Positions 1-13,372 of a stretch of 64,000 nucleotides of DNA are shown here, in pieces. A program made the position numbers and the translations under genes. Position 1 is the stretch's first letter; every line of letters starts with the position of its first letter. Origin of the DNA: Lytechinus pictus (taxonomy: Eukaryota); contig NC_087251.1 of assembly GCF_037042905.1 (NCBI RefSeq), positions 24,244,001 through 24,308,000 of the forward strand. Direction: 5' to 3'. Below the pieces are notes generated by a model that was given only the letters and a program-made list of their open reading frames with translations, searched no databases and was not told where the DNA came from.

Positions 1-494
1 AAGGCTGCTCATATGTCCAAGTTTCATGAACTAGATCCATACACTTTTAAGTTAAGATAACAATTCCACAAATGCCCTCAACATTACCAAAGTTTATTGA
101 CCCTTAATGACATTTGACCTTGGTCATGTGACCTGAAACTCGCACAGGATCTTCAGGGATAATTGATTGCTCTCACGTCTAAGTTTAATGAACTAGATCC
201 ATAAACATTCAAAGTTATGATGGTAATTCAACAAATACTCCCAACATGGCCAAAGTTCATTGACCCTAAATGACCTTTGACCTTGGCCATGTGACCTAGA
301 ACTCATGCAAGATGTTCAGTTATACTTGATTAATCTTATGTCCAAATTTCATGAACTAGGTCTATATACTTTTTGAGTTATGGTGTCATTTCAAACACTT
401 AACCTTCGGTTAAGATTTGATGTTGACGCCGCCGCCGCCGGCGTCGGAAAAGCGGCGCATATAGTCTCGCTCTGCTGTGCAGGCGAGACAAAAA
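1..494. mobile_element. End of a HINE/Helentron-like non-autonomous element with internal ~162-bp tandem repeats (runs off the window start)
   Basis: GAACTAG-anchored units at 28, 190, 353 (period 162-163) with TGACCTT(T)GACC motifs; then (GCC)4 at ~428-439, hairpin GTCTCGC(464-470)/GCGAGAC(483-489) and A5. Confidence 0.6.
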
Positions 495-623
495 CGACTG
501 TACAATACCTTGTTTCTTGTTTCGTTTCTGTCCTAGATTTCGAAGTTTTGTGGTTTGTTTTTGTACTGAATCTTGAATCGTGCTATCGACCTCCAAGCTA
601 TAGGCCCAACATTGCATAGAGCT

Positions 624-1267
624 TGGGCGTCAACGGCTATGAAGAGAGGGGTATTAGCGAGGGAACGAAGCGAGCGACGCTCACGATCGAAGGGGAGGGG
701 TGCAACACCCCATGGTAGCAATGGCGTAATGACCCCAAAATATTGAGGGGCCAAACATGGTGTATGGATAGAAAAGAAATAAAAGTCGAGAGCAAGTGAA
801 GCGAGCGAGCAAACGCTTTGACCTTCGTGAAACGAATCGCTAATTTTGTGACAGAATTTACAGTATTCAAAAATAATATATGATACCTCTTTCCTGTCAG
901 TTTATTTACTTTTTTTTCATATATTCCTCGGTGGTTTTGGGGGGTCATGTCCGCCCAAATCCCCCAACCAACCTAAAGGCAGTGCACAGTAAGTTGTTGT
1001 TGCATTTCTCATTCAAAATAATGCAATTTTATGCATATTTACATGGTCTTTTGTCTGAAAAGTGGGGTCAACCGTTAGCGACATGAGCGAGGGGGGGTGA
1101 GATCCTTTTGCATTTCTTGCTTGGAGTAATGCAATTTGGTGCTTTTTTCTACTTCAAATGCTTCTTTTTTTTTCTTTCAAGATACAAAGTAACTGACAGG
1201 ATACTTCTGATTAAAAAAATGAGGGACAAATGATATGGTGCCCCATTCCCCCGCCTGTTGACGCCCA
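624..1267. mobile_element. MITE-like element
   Basis: Perfect 11-bp inverted repeat TGGGCGTCAAC(624-634)/GTTGACGCCCA(1257-1267); internal GAAGCGAGC-type motifs and G/C runs. Confidence 0.5.
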
Positions 1268-2486
1268 GGCATGCAAAGAGCTATAAACAATGGTATAATG
1301 GTATACTCTGGGTAGCGTCATTCAAGGCAACGAGTGAGAAAAGAGAGTATGTTTCACCTGTTGACATCACATAGTGGACATTTCTAGTTTTAAATACGGA
1401 GTCCTGTTTTTTTTTATTTGGATAAAGCGAAGCGAGCAAGCAAGGAAAAATATCTTTCAATTCTGTCACAGACTTTGCCTTGAAATGAAGTAAAACAACC
1501 AGAAAGTAAATGAAATTTGATGACAATTATTGTTATGTTAAATAATCTAAATGATCTAGCCCCCCCCCCCCCCGCCCCCAAAAAAATCCTTTCAAACTTT
1601 CTTGGGCTGCTGACCAAAAACTGTACCCCGGTGGATTAGTTGTAGGAAAAGCTTTGACTTTCTATTTCATTTTTATTTTTAATTTAAATATCACCGATTC
1701 CTATCCTATACTGGCTTTTGTATGTAGGAAAATACAAGTAATTCATCACTCACAGAAGCCTTTGTCTTTAAAATCGTCAACCTTAATATTTATTTCCAAT
1801 CTAGGTTTACTTTGTTTCTATATATTTCGTATTATTTTATCTATTTATGTAATTTTGTTAGTGTATCATATTTGCTTCATTTAATTCTAATTTATTTATT
1901 TTGCATATGTATACTGGGCTCTTTTGTTAAGCAGGGCTTTTGGCACTGAAAAGACTACCCTGTTGTTGTTGTGTTTTGTTAATATCGATCGCCATTCCGG
2001 GATTCTTGTTAACCAACTCTGCTTGAACGAATGGTAATTAACTCTTCATAAAACTCTGTTTAATGTACGTTTATTTTGTAATGACTGGCTACAGTGGATA
2101 TGTGAGAACATGTAGAAGGACATAGGGAGGATTTTGCAACATGGAATTGTGAACAATATCAGAAATATGAAGTTTCTCTTGTGACAGAATTATACCAGAT
2201 TGCTGTCAACCATTGACTGTGGTCCCATGTATGCAGAATTTGGTTGGTATATATATATACTCTTCTCCTCCATTCATTGCCCTTTTGGGATCAAGGCACT
2301 GGCCTGTGGAGTTAATCCATATCATAGCTATTGTGTTAATCCATCCTCATCAAAGTTACCCTTTGTGAACACGGATAATCCCCGGCTAATACTGTACAGT
2401 ACCCTGGAGGAGAAAGAAAGACATTGAAGTGGATATACTCAAGTCTGTTACTGCATGTAGTATATATATGGTTCTTCATCATAGTT

Positions 2487-3290
2487 ATGGCTGGGAAAGG
2501 TAAAAAGGAAAGGAAAACAAGTGCTGCTACTCCTGTTCAGGATATAGAGAGTGATTTCTGTGAACAGATAAGTGAAGAAGTAAGAGACTACTTCAAAAGT
2601 GTGCAATTCAAGAAGTTATTCAAAACTTCTTTGGGAGAGGCTGTACATAATGAAATGATCAAGCTCCAAACTCGACTGGAAGAAGCAGAAGGGAAAGTCT
2701 TGGAGATGGAATGTAAAGTGGATGAAAAGACAGCTATCATTGAGTCACTACAAATACAACATGAGCGTGATTCAGAAGACATTGAAAAGCTGAAAAGAGA
2801 AATGAACGATGCAGAGCAGTATTCGCGTCGTAACTGCTTGCGGTTTTATGGAATCGCCGAGAAGCAACACGGCATGCATGAGGATACTGACCAAGAGGTG
2901 ATAGACCTAGCAGAAAAGAAACTGAACATAAAACTTGAACGACATGAGATTGACAGGTCACACCGAATTGGAGCTCCAAGAAATGCACGAAGTACTGAAG
3001 GGAAAGCACCATCACCGAGACCTATCATCGTGAAATTCAGCACATATCGTACAAGAGATGTCATCCTGAAAAGTCGAAAGAAACTAAAAGGAACTCACAT
3101 CGGAATAGAAGAGGACTTGACGCTGACGAACCGCAACCTGTTGAACAAAGCAAAAGATGAAGTGAAAGTAAAGGACAAATTAGTCGCTGCCTGGTCTACT
3201 GATGGCAAAGTCATCGTACTGATGAAGACGTCCAATGGATCAACTGTAAGGAAAAGAGTATCATCAATAAGTGACCTGAAGAAACTCTAA
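2487..3290 (+). CDS. LINE ORF1p, 267 aa: coiled coil + L1-type RRM/CTD (Transposase_22-like)
   Basis: First ATG at 2487 (MAGKGKK..); heptad-rich stretch then EQYSRRNCLRFYGI, IDRSHRIG, PRPIIVKF, IEEDLT, AWSTDGKV motifs typical of this ORF1 class. Confidence 0.85.
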   Translation: MAGKGKKERKTSAATPVQDIESDFCEQISEEVRDYFKSVQFKKLFKTSLGEAVHNEMIKLQTRLEEAEGKVLEMECKVDEKTAIIESLQIQHERDSEDIEKLKREMNDAEQYSRRNCLRFYGIAEKQHGMHEDTDQEVIDLAEKKLNIKLERHEIDRSHRIGAPRNARSTEGKAPSPRPIIVKFSTYRTRDVILKSRKKLKGTHIGIEEDLTLTNRNLLNKAKDEVKVKDKLVAAWSTDGKVIVLMKTSNGSTVRKRVSSISDLKKL

Positions 3291-3439
3291 ATGTGAACTG
3301 AGAAACTCGAAATGTGAACTTAGAACGTTTAAACGATAGGAAAAGCTAGGAATATGAATACCAACGTTTAGCTACAATTCCTTGTTGCACCCTCATTACA
3401 TATTGTGGTATTATTATCTACTAATATTCTACGTTTGTA

Positions 3440-5530
3440 ATGTCAAGTAAATGTAAATGTTTTTTATGTCGCAGGCATCCAACTTCTACTTCTGAAAATT
3501 GTATATTGTGTAAGAGTACATTTCAAGATGATTTCTTGAATGATGACAATGATCATTGTTATGACTATACTCCTCATGATAATTATTGTCCGCAGATACA
3601 TATTGAAAATGAATACTACACACCAGACGAATTTAAAAGTGATGTTTTAAAACATTACAACCGGTCCTTTTTTAAGGCATATCATTTCAATTGTCGGAGT
3701 CTAAAATCTAACTTCGATGAATTTGTAAGTACGGTTGATGTCATACAAGACCCAATGACCATAGTAGGAGTGACAGAAACTTGGCTAAGGGACAACGAGA
3801 CGTTAAACTATGGTATACCCAATTTTGAATTTGTTGCAAATTGTCGCCTGGTCAAACGAGGTGGTGGAGTTGGATTGTATATCCATGAGAATATGAAATT
3901 TAAAAGGAGACCAGATCTTGATGTTCTTTGTGAGAGTCTGGAAAGCATTTTTATTGAACTATATGCTAAACATAAAAGATGTGTAGTCGGTGTTATGTAC
4001 CGTCCACCGAATAGTAACTTTCAAGATTTTCTAGAGAAAGTTGTTCAAAACCTCGATGCAATTTCAAACGAGAAAAAGGAATGCATTATTATGGGAGATT
4101 TTAACGTAGATATAAATAACAGTAACAATCCACTTATGTTTGACTTTCTTAATACATTTATTTCTTACTCCTTTGCTCCACAGATATGCAAACCAACTCG
4201 CATTACAAATACATCTACTACAACTTTGGATAATATTTTTTATAACAATTCTGATATTGCTGTGAAATCTGGAATTATCACAACTGACTTCAGCGATCAT
4301 TTAACACCCTTCATGGTCACTGAATTTGATAATGTACCAACCAATGACACCCATAGTTACACTAAGCTTGATCTAAGTGAAACAAATATTGCTTTATTTT
4401 GTACCAAACTGGATTCAATTAACTGGGAATTCTTGAACTCTATACAAGATGTGAACAGTATGTATGATACCTTTATATTCTTATATAAGCAATTGTATGA
4501 AGAATGTTTTCCTGTTATTACAGTTCGCAATAGATTGAAGCACTGTAAGAAATCTAAACCATGGATATCAAAAGAGACTAAATTATTGATAAAGCGTAAA
4601 AATAGGATATTTAAGAAGTTTGTAAAAAACCCTTCCCAAGACCTGCATGAAAAATACAAATGTTGTAGAAATTGTGTGAACAGCAAAATAAGAAGTGAAA
4701 AGCGCACTTATTATTGTAATAAGTTCGCCACCGCTAAGCGTGATATGAAAGCAACTTGGAAAATAGTCAACGATGTCTTGAACAAAAGAGAAACAAAACA
4801 GAACAGTGTACGAGAAGTTGAAGTTAATGGGGATAATATTTCAGACAGACTCGATATAGCTAATGCCTTTAACAATTTTTTTGTACATATTGGACAAACT
4901 GTCCAAGATAAACTCAGTACTACGTGCACAGAAACTGAAAATAATACGCATATAGATATTTCACAGTGGTTAAAAGGAAATTATAGATCCTCTGTATTTA
5001 TCAAACCTGTTGCTACTAATGATGTTATATCAATTATAGATAAGTTAGATCCAAATAAGAGTCCAGGCTACGACAATATTCATCCAAAAGTTCTTAAAAA
5101 ATCAGGCTATGCAATTGTTAAACCTTTGTGCAATATTATCAATCTTGCCATTGAGAAGGGCGTCTTTCCTGACTCGTTAAAGATTGCCAAGGTGATACCT
5201 ATTTTTAAGAAAGGAAACAGATTACTTTTAACTAATTATCGTCCAATATCAGTTTTATCAGTTTTTAGCAAAATATTTGAAAAAATAATTTACAATAATT
5301 TGATATCTTTTATTGATCAAAATGACATTTTATATCGTCGGCAATATGGTTTTAGGCAAGGTTATAGTACTTTCCATGCACTTATTGATTTTACTGAAAA
5401 AATTATTGGATACGAAGGACCTGTCATCTGGAATGATTTGCCATCTGAAATTAAAACTTGCCCCTCACTAATCACTTTTAAACGTAAATATAAATCATAT
5501 CTTGCCAATTCACCATCAGTTTTTAAGTAA
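3440..5530 (+). pseudogene. LINE ORF2, 696 aa: intact APE endonuclease, RT truncated by an in-frame internal deletion
   Basis: APE motifs NCRSL, VTETW, YRPP, GDFN, PTR, LDNIF, SDH. RT N-terminal motifs KSPGYD, NYRPIS, QYGFR present. DLSKAFD, GVPQGS and YADD absent. C-terminal GPVIWNDLP..FK..KSYL retained. Confidence 0.88.
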
Positions 5531-6116
5531 AATGGAGCCTTGTGTTTTTTTTTTTTTTTTTTTTTTTTAAACGTTTTTCTTTTGTTTGTTTATGTTGATG
5601 TTATAACTGTTTAATCACCATTAATTTGTTATATTTTAACCAATGCGCGGAACCAAGGGGGATTGGCCTCGATAGGTCTTTGGCCTTTGCCAATCCCCTA
5701 CATCCACCGCATGTTGGTGCTACTCTTTTTATTTGTAATTATATTGATTTGTTTATGTATTGATTGTTTCTTATTGTTCATATAATATTGTATGTTGTAT
5801 ATTTTTTAATGGATGTGAATAAAGTGAATTGAATTGAATATTAACAAAAATGTACATGAAATAAACTCCCATCACTCTTTAAAATGAAGTAAAGCGTCTC
5901 ACAATACAGGACCACATAATTCACAGAGTCATATCCATACGTTACTTACTTTTCCAGTGCAAATAACAACTTTAATAACTTGAATGCTGGGAAATACATC
6001 TAAAAGAGAAGAAAATATCCGAAGTCGTGCGCAGAACCATTGGACTGGGGCGCAGGGGGATGCAGTTCCCCTGACTGTTCCTAGCGCGCTTGACGTTACA
6101 TGGCGTGTGAAAAATA

Positions 6117-6710
6117 ATGGTACAACCGGCTGAAAATAATTATATCGAATTAAAAGAGTAAAATTCAACAAGCGAAACGCTGAAAATTCCATGATAATCT
6201 GATAAAAGATGATCAAGTTATTGAATTTTAAATGTCGGCAATGTTATATGCATGCGGTTATCACTATAAAATAGGTGGACTGATGATGTCATCTCCCCCT
6301 TTCCTTTTCTTTGTGTTTCTTATGTTATTACATAAAATCATGATTATTTCATATTTTCATACATGGTGTGTGATGTACGTTTCCCTTGTAATGAAACCGG
6401 TTTCAGCAATTATTATCTTGCGCAGTATAAATCAGAAATCAGTCCTATTTTTAAGGAAACAATTTTAATAAACACGGTTCCATATAACGAAATGCAAAAT
6501 AATAAGTGGGGGGGGGGGAATGACATCATAAACATGTTCATTGTATATTCACGAGGACATGCATTTAACTGTTCAGCCGAAATATGCAAGCCTTTGAAAT
6601 GTCCTAACTTTTGTTATTCCTTGTCCAATATTGATTAATTTGTTAGTGTTTAGATCTTATGTTTTTTCTCTATCTATTATAACAATATAGTTTTCAGCCT
6701 GGAGTACCCT
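6117..6710. mobile_element. Degenerate TTAA-type (Kolobok-like) MITE
   Basis: ATGGTACAACCGGCTGAAAA vs reverse complement of TTTTCAGCCTGGAGTACCCT, 16/20 match; body resembles 40424-40918. Confidence 0.6.
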
Positions 6711-8443
6711 AATCGCGTTCAACAGCTCCACCTTTAAAGAAGTAATCTATTTCTTTTTTTTATGTTCCAAAATGATAACAAGGTGCGCATATATAGTTTC
6801 GTGTTTAAAGAACTATATCACTTGTTTATCTTATTATCTATGATTGCTTGTTTTCTATGAAAAACTATCGTTTGATCCCCGCAATTAGTTTTTTTTTCTG
6901 TGAAAGAGAAACTCCAAGATGAGATTCTTTTCCCACGGAAGGATATTGAGGTTCTGGACCAGGATATATAGTCAAAAGAATAAAAATTACTGCTTGGGAA
7001 GAAGACTTATTCATATAACTTTGATCAAAATAAAAATAAAAACTTCTGACTTTACCCTTCAATCATATTTTGTTTATTCGGTTATTTCCTTATTTGGTAG
7101 ATCCTTAAGTGTGATGTTTAACTGATGGTGATGGTGACCTACGGAGAGCGGTTCGAATCTTTAAATTCTGGTTTATGTTCGAGTTCGATTTTCAACTTGA
7201 CACGAGGAATAAATTACTTGTTTCCCTTTGTTTCAAATAAACGTCGTAAATCAACACATATAATATGACGTGTTTTTTTAATCCTCACTACAATGAACGA
7301 AATAAATGGCAGTTTTGATTATCATGCATTATTCTTGAAATCCAGGAGGTCGTTGGCAAGTTCGAGGAGACTCGTGTCTCCATATTGAAAGAAATGAAAG
7401 ACCATTTCCAAAATTTCATGACATATCGAGATACTGAGAAACTATCGTGCACTGTAAACGTAAAGATTTTCTTTGTGAAGAGTCTGTGTTTCAGCTATAG
7501 CTAAGAGCTTGAATCTCGTTGGTTTCAGTGGATGACACCGGATAGATCTAAACTTTTGGTGAGAAGTTGAGAAATCTGATGCGAACTCTCTTCCAACAAA
7601 CAGGTGGTTGTTGTCCCCTTTAGCTTCTCAAAATTCCAAGCTTCATCCACTGTTCACTTACAAATTCTAATGTTTAATTTTAATGCTGGTGTTCCAATTA
7701 TGGACCAGCTAGTTTTTTTCTCTGTCACACATTTTATACTGTAATATTATAGTTCCCACAACGTATAGGCTCTATGCCAGATATACGAATGATGAAATAG
7801 ACAAAGAGAGTGAGCCCCGGGAGTGAGCCTAATATCAATTACTGATATTACTGAGATCGATGGCATTTGTTTCCTCTTCGTTATTCGTCTCTAATTTCAA
7901 ATTTTGTCACAAATAACGAGGAAAAGAGGGATTCAAAATCTCAATCACCACTGTATACATGTTAGGCATATAGGGTACACTGCCCACGTGTGCTGCATTA
8001 TTCCAGTCGGTGTCCAATTCATCGCCGTCATAACTTGAGGCCATTCGATATATGTTTGCGAGCTCCATATACTTTTATGGTCATTCCCTAATTGATGTCA
8101 GCTATTGACCTTTGCACTGAAAGATTGTAGGCTATGAATTTAGATGGATGATTTGCCAAATGACTGACTAAACATTTGCGAGTTCTCATTCTACCAAGTG
8201 GGATATTTCAATTATAAATTTTAAATGATAATAATGATAATATCAAGAAAATACACTTTTTTCAAGTTGGTTTAAGATATGAGATTGTATATTTACAATA
8301 TCATAATAGTCGGACATGCAAAGAAATCTATTTAAAAATGACATAACAGGTGAACAAGTAAATTACTCTCGACAATCACCTACATTACCTATTTGTTTAC
8401 GAATACATTTTTTCTTATTTATTTCATTTTTTTACTGCTTTAA

Positions 8444-8822
8444 AGGTATTGTTTAACTTTGTGAGCAGCCGATTTAAAAAAATATCAAACCAAGATGAAA
8501 CATGTGTACAAGTGCATGTATTAGAACGAATAAACCCTGAAAACAACCATTATTGAGAATGAAAAGCTAAAACTGCAAGGCAAACCCCGATTTTGTAAAT
8601 AGGCGTCTTATAGACGCCTAAATAGTACACATAAGTGTATGGGATGAAATTAAAATGGTGTTTTCGGTCACTTTATATTTCAATTTTTGAAGCACTAAAT
8701 AATTATTTTCGAACGCAATTTTTTCTGGGCTTTATTTTTGTAACATATCACAGACACAGGTGACAAGTGTGACCTTCTAGCTCAGATTTTTTTTAAAGTC
8801 AAACCAATGTTAAACAATCACT
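8444..8822. mobile_element. TTAA-flanked MITE (Kolobok-like)
   Basis: TTAA|AGGTATTGTTTAAC ... GTTAAACAATCACT|TTAA, 12/14 TIR match; internal palindrome TAGGCGTCT..AGACGCCTA. Confidence 0.75.
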
Positions 8823-10037
8823 TTAATGGCCGACCTTCGTGTATGATACTCAAATTCAACCACAATTATGATTGGTTTCTATAAAACCCGGTATCATAGG
8901 AATAAAACTCATCTTCCTGTCTGCTTTGTTTATCCGGTCAAACCAATTTCACTAAAACTTAAAATGCCCCCCCCCCCACACACATACACAAATAAATAAT
9001 AACAATAGTCATAAATATTATTGACACATGTTCACATATTTCAACATTGAGTACTGAGTATTTTCATTTTGTTTGTTTTCAATCATATATACATTTCAAT
9101 CTTGTTGAAACTATATAGGCCCTATATCTGACATTCAACTTTTTTTTTCCTTCAAAGTCTACATCTCCAAAATATTATTTGCAGTTCTGTTACTTCATGG
9201 GTAGCCATTTCACTTAACTCTAGTGTGAAATTCAACATTAACATGTTTTACAGTCGGGGTTTTCTAATTGATATGGTTTTGAAAGAAGGAGAGGAAATAA
9301 CCTTTATCGATTTCGTCACCCTAGTATCACGAGTATTAAAATTTATCCTAACCAAAAATGTGACTGATCATAATTATACATAGTCATTATTTTAAGAGAG
9401 AAACACGTGGAAAGTTTTGAAATATCGTGGAAAACACCTGAAACACCCCGTTAGGAAAACACATACAAGGAAGTAGGTATTCAGCGTATCAATTTGGAAA
9501 GTTTTCTTGGAAATTATTTCACTGTACATTATTTTAATCACGATCGTTTATTTGGGGGGGGGGGTGGTATATTTGTTTTTTGTTTTGTTTGTAAACTTTC
9601 GTTTTTCTTGCTTTAACTAATGGTGATATTGTTTTAAAAACCCACCAGAATAATAGTAATCGGGAATTCTGTCCCACATAGCAACATATCCCATCTCTTC
9701 AACATTTTTCTGAGCCCACATCTTTACAAAAAAGCTGGGTTTTGCAGATGGATAGCAGTCGCCGAAATCCCAGGGTTTTTTTCCCTTGAGGTCTGCATTC
9801 ATTCAAGAAAGAACATTGTGATCCCATGAGTACTTTCTCATCCACACAAAGAAATCGCAACAGGAGCATCTCGACCGAAGTCAAATATAGGAGTTCTTTA
9901 TGGTGGACTTTGTTAGTCTCTCCGTGGTCTGGTAATGATGACATTGATAAAGTTAGTGAAGATATGATTAAGGAACCCTGAAAAGATTCATCTTTATGAT
10001 AACGAACAGCACATTTTAAAATGACACCTAATGTTAA

Positions 10038-10505
10038 AGGGGACGTTCACCCCGACGAAAAGTTTATTGCAAAATAGCAGAAAAAAAATAATAAAAAATA
10101 TTGCCGAAGGTTTGAGGAAAATCCATCAAAGAATAAAAAGTTATTATAATTCAAATCATTTGATTTATGACGTTATGTGCGAGCAGCTTTCCTACATAAT
10201 ATCGTATGGTAAAAAAATCTATGAAATGTCACTTTCCCAGAAAATTCAAAATCGTTTTTACTGTACCTTCAGTATAACAATAAACAAATCATTTCACACC
10301 GTTTCTCAAAACAAAGCAAAAATAAGTCATCACGAACCATTAAAAAAAAAATGAAATTTATGCATTTTATATTACATAACACAGCTGCTCGTTTATGACG
10401 TCACAAATCCAAAAGTTAAAATTCTTTTTCCTCAAATCTTCATCAATTCTTTTATTATTTTTTATGCTGTTTACAACAAACTTTTCTTCAGGGTAAACTT
10501 CCCCT
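10038..10505. mobile_element. TTAA-flanked MITE (Kolobok-like)
   Basis: TTAA|AGGGGACGTTCACCC ... GGGTAAACTTCCCCT|TTAA, 13/15 TIR match. Confidence 0.8.
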
Positions 10506-12889
10506 TTAAGAGCCAGGGGAGGGGGTAATGTTATTTTACACTTGTTCTTTTGCTTTTTCGAAGGGGGTTCAGCTCCTTGACTTTACCAAAATACAAAATT
10601 ACTGAATTGAGGGTTTGTGTTTAAAAACACAATTAATCAACATAATATATCTGGAATTGGTTGGTTTAAAAACCCTTTCATAAAGTTCAATTTCGGAATA
10701 ATCCATATCCCATTATGTTTCTAACGAAAGTTGTGGATAAAGACTACGATGCCTCGTGCGATGCATAGTTATTTACATCCAAGATCTACTTTGCATACAC
10801 CTTGAGCACTTTGAATGAATGAATGTCTTTACAGCAACAGCTGGGCACGCGACCAGAACAATAGACGCAAACTTTTCCTTTCTTCGGACCCAATCTTTTG
10901 GTACGTGTGTGCAACCTGTTCTTAGCCAAACAATGCACACACCCGCGCCAGTCTAGGATGACCGACAAATACTCAGTTCAAAAGAAAAAAATCACGAGGA
11001 GAAAAGGTCAGGGGTTGTGAGTAAGATTTGGAGAGAAGAGAGAGGGGGAAGGATAAAGAAAAAGAAGTTTTGTACGCTTTTGTGTTGGAATTTCCATACA
11101 CAAGTCTCTTTGTTGAGGAATGAATTCCTTTGTCTAGCTCGCCTTGTTTACCTCTGAATTGTTCAGTGGAAAAGTGTGGCTTTTCTTTACAGGTCTCCAA
11201 ATCACTCACAGTTTTACAACCCATCTGTCGAAAAAACATTTTCAAGACCGATGGAGTTCTTCTAATTCTAAAACGTACCTAAACATTCGTACACCGAACT
11301 GCCACATTCAGTTTGAGTGACAACCTGTCAGAAGTTCGATTTCTTCAAGTTTACAATTGTGACTTCATAACAAAAAATATTCGAAAGTGAACTACATAAA
11401 CTACGTGAATTACATCTCTTTGAAGTAGAAGTATATACCTTCACACACAAAAGCCAATAAGAGAACATCGGCACGAACAAGTCAAATGAAATATTATTGT
11501 TGAGAGGAAAGTTATTATTTAAATACGTTTACACGTACCGTATAATGTAGCTATGGGAAGATAAATTCCAACTCGCAATTAAATGGCCATTATGAACACA
11601 AAGAAAGGGAACACACACATACACAAAGAAAAGAAATGGAAAATAGGGAGACAAGACAAGGGGATGAAACCTCACTTCTGCAATATGTCTCATCCCTTCC
11701 CGAAATAATTACACCCCTTGAAAATGCTTACATAAAAAGGGTAAACAAAATACTCATACAGAGTAAAACACATGTCAGTAGAAATGAGTGTCCAGCTGCA
11801 GGCAAAAATGGCAAGGAATAATCATTAATTCTGGCGGGAATCTTTAAATCGGATTGCAGCGAGATGAAGCTCCCTAAATGTTGCATTCCGCTAGATGAAG
11901 AGCCAGCAGCTGTATGCAATGTTCAGCAATTCGGATCTCTGCACATGAAATCATTGAATAAAAGTCTAATAAGCTCAAATTATCGCTCCAGTATCACCAT
12001 GTCACGGTTTCGTGAACGTCATGGATGAACCATCACTATATATATATGTTTATCTTTCCCTATCTGATCTCATCTATTCATCTATCCCCATTTTTTTGTC
12101 TGAGATGATTAGGGTTTGAATACCGACACACCTACAGCTGCTTCCAATAATCATAAAATTACTTCTTCACAAAGACGAGATTAACATGAAGTTTCCCGCC
12201 TATAAATATTACCATTGTTGGCGTCGTCAATACTTCCATAAAAAAGGCAATTGAAGGTGCGTCGTATGAACTAATCCGACAAAGAAACTGTCTATCAATT
12301 ATATTTCAAACTTTTATAGAGATATTTGTCTGACGACACAAAATACTGCATGTATTCAAAAAATATTATATTGCTGTCCTTGATCCCTTCACTGATTGAA
12401 ACGATTAAAATATAAATACATATAAAAAATTTCGAGAAACGTAATTTTTGGCTAGTATCAATGGGATCCCATATGCATGATAATCTTTTCCAATGTGACA
12501 AGATAGTTTCGAGAGTTTATTATTTGATTATTAAGTGTTTATGATAAATAGATCTGTCGCTTTCGAGATGGTGTTAATGCATCGTTTTTCTTCCTTTTTC
12601 AAATCCTCTTCATGAGTTTATATATTTCTATTTCCCCTTTTTATTTTGCTTTTGTGCCACCATAGATCCACATTTAACTATGAAAATCATAATTATAATG
12701 AGGGTAGGAGTGATTACCAATTATGAAAACATGAAATTTTCAATATCTAATCGGTTTTAGTGAATTACAATGGAACTCATGTAAGGGCACGACGGAGTAA
12801 TAAAAAAAAAGCATGAAAAGGAGAAACATTTAATTGGAAATGGATGGAATTTCTTGTTTAAGAATTTTTATCTCATTATTAAAAAACCG

Positions 12890-13372
12890 ACTCATAGAGG
12901 AGAAAAAGAAGAACAAGAGAAACAAGAAGAAAAAGGGGAAGAAAGGGAGAACGGAGGCGGAGGACAAGAAACATAAATACAAAGTTGGAGAAGCAGAAGG
13001 CTGAGAAAAGTGAGACAAATATGAAGGAAACTAATTGAGAAGACAGACGACAATCATTTTTTTTTAATGAAGAAGAAAAGGAATAAATGAATTTATGAAT
13101 AAATGGAAAAGTTGTAGAGGACATCTAGAGAATAGACCGACTAAAGAAGTTAGAAAAATTGGGGAGAAATTTAAAGAAAAATTATTAAACTGAGGAAAGG
13201 TGAAAGAAAACGAGGAGAGAATGGAGAAGGTCATGCTAAGAGAAAAGGATAATAATAAGAATAAAGAAGACAAAAATGAAGGGAAGAGAAAGGAGAAGGA
13301 GAAGAAGAAGAAGAAGAAGAAGAGGTAGAATTAGAAGAAGAAGGAGGAGGAGGAGGAGGAGAAAGAAAAAAA
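12890..13372. repeat. Purine-rich low-complexity tract ending in (GAA)n/(GGA)n
   Basis: Visible GAA run ~13301-13322 and GGA run ~13342-13360. Confidence 0.85.

Larger units (their letters stand above)
2487..5840 (+). mobile_element. Non-LTR retrotransposon, CR1/L2 group (Crack-like), internally deleted; 5' UTR extends upstream, boundary undefined
   Basis: ORF1 + APE/RT ORF2; 3' stem-loop GGGGATTGGC(5658-5667)/GCCAATCCCC(5689-5698); AATAAA followed by a (GAATT)n tail at ~5818-5840. Confidence 0.9.

Noticed and set aside
1910..1965. Segment loosely resembling the 3' part of the SINE at ~61190-61240
   Set aside because: Similarity is short and judged by eye only; cannot define an element or the LINE 5' boundary from it.
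2424..2486. Hydrophobic N-terminal extension of ORF1 in the ORF track
   Set aside because: Starts at TTG; the first ATG is at 2487, so the extension is probably 5' UTR.
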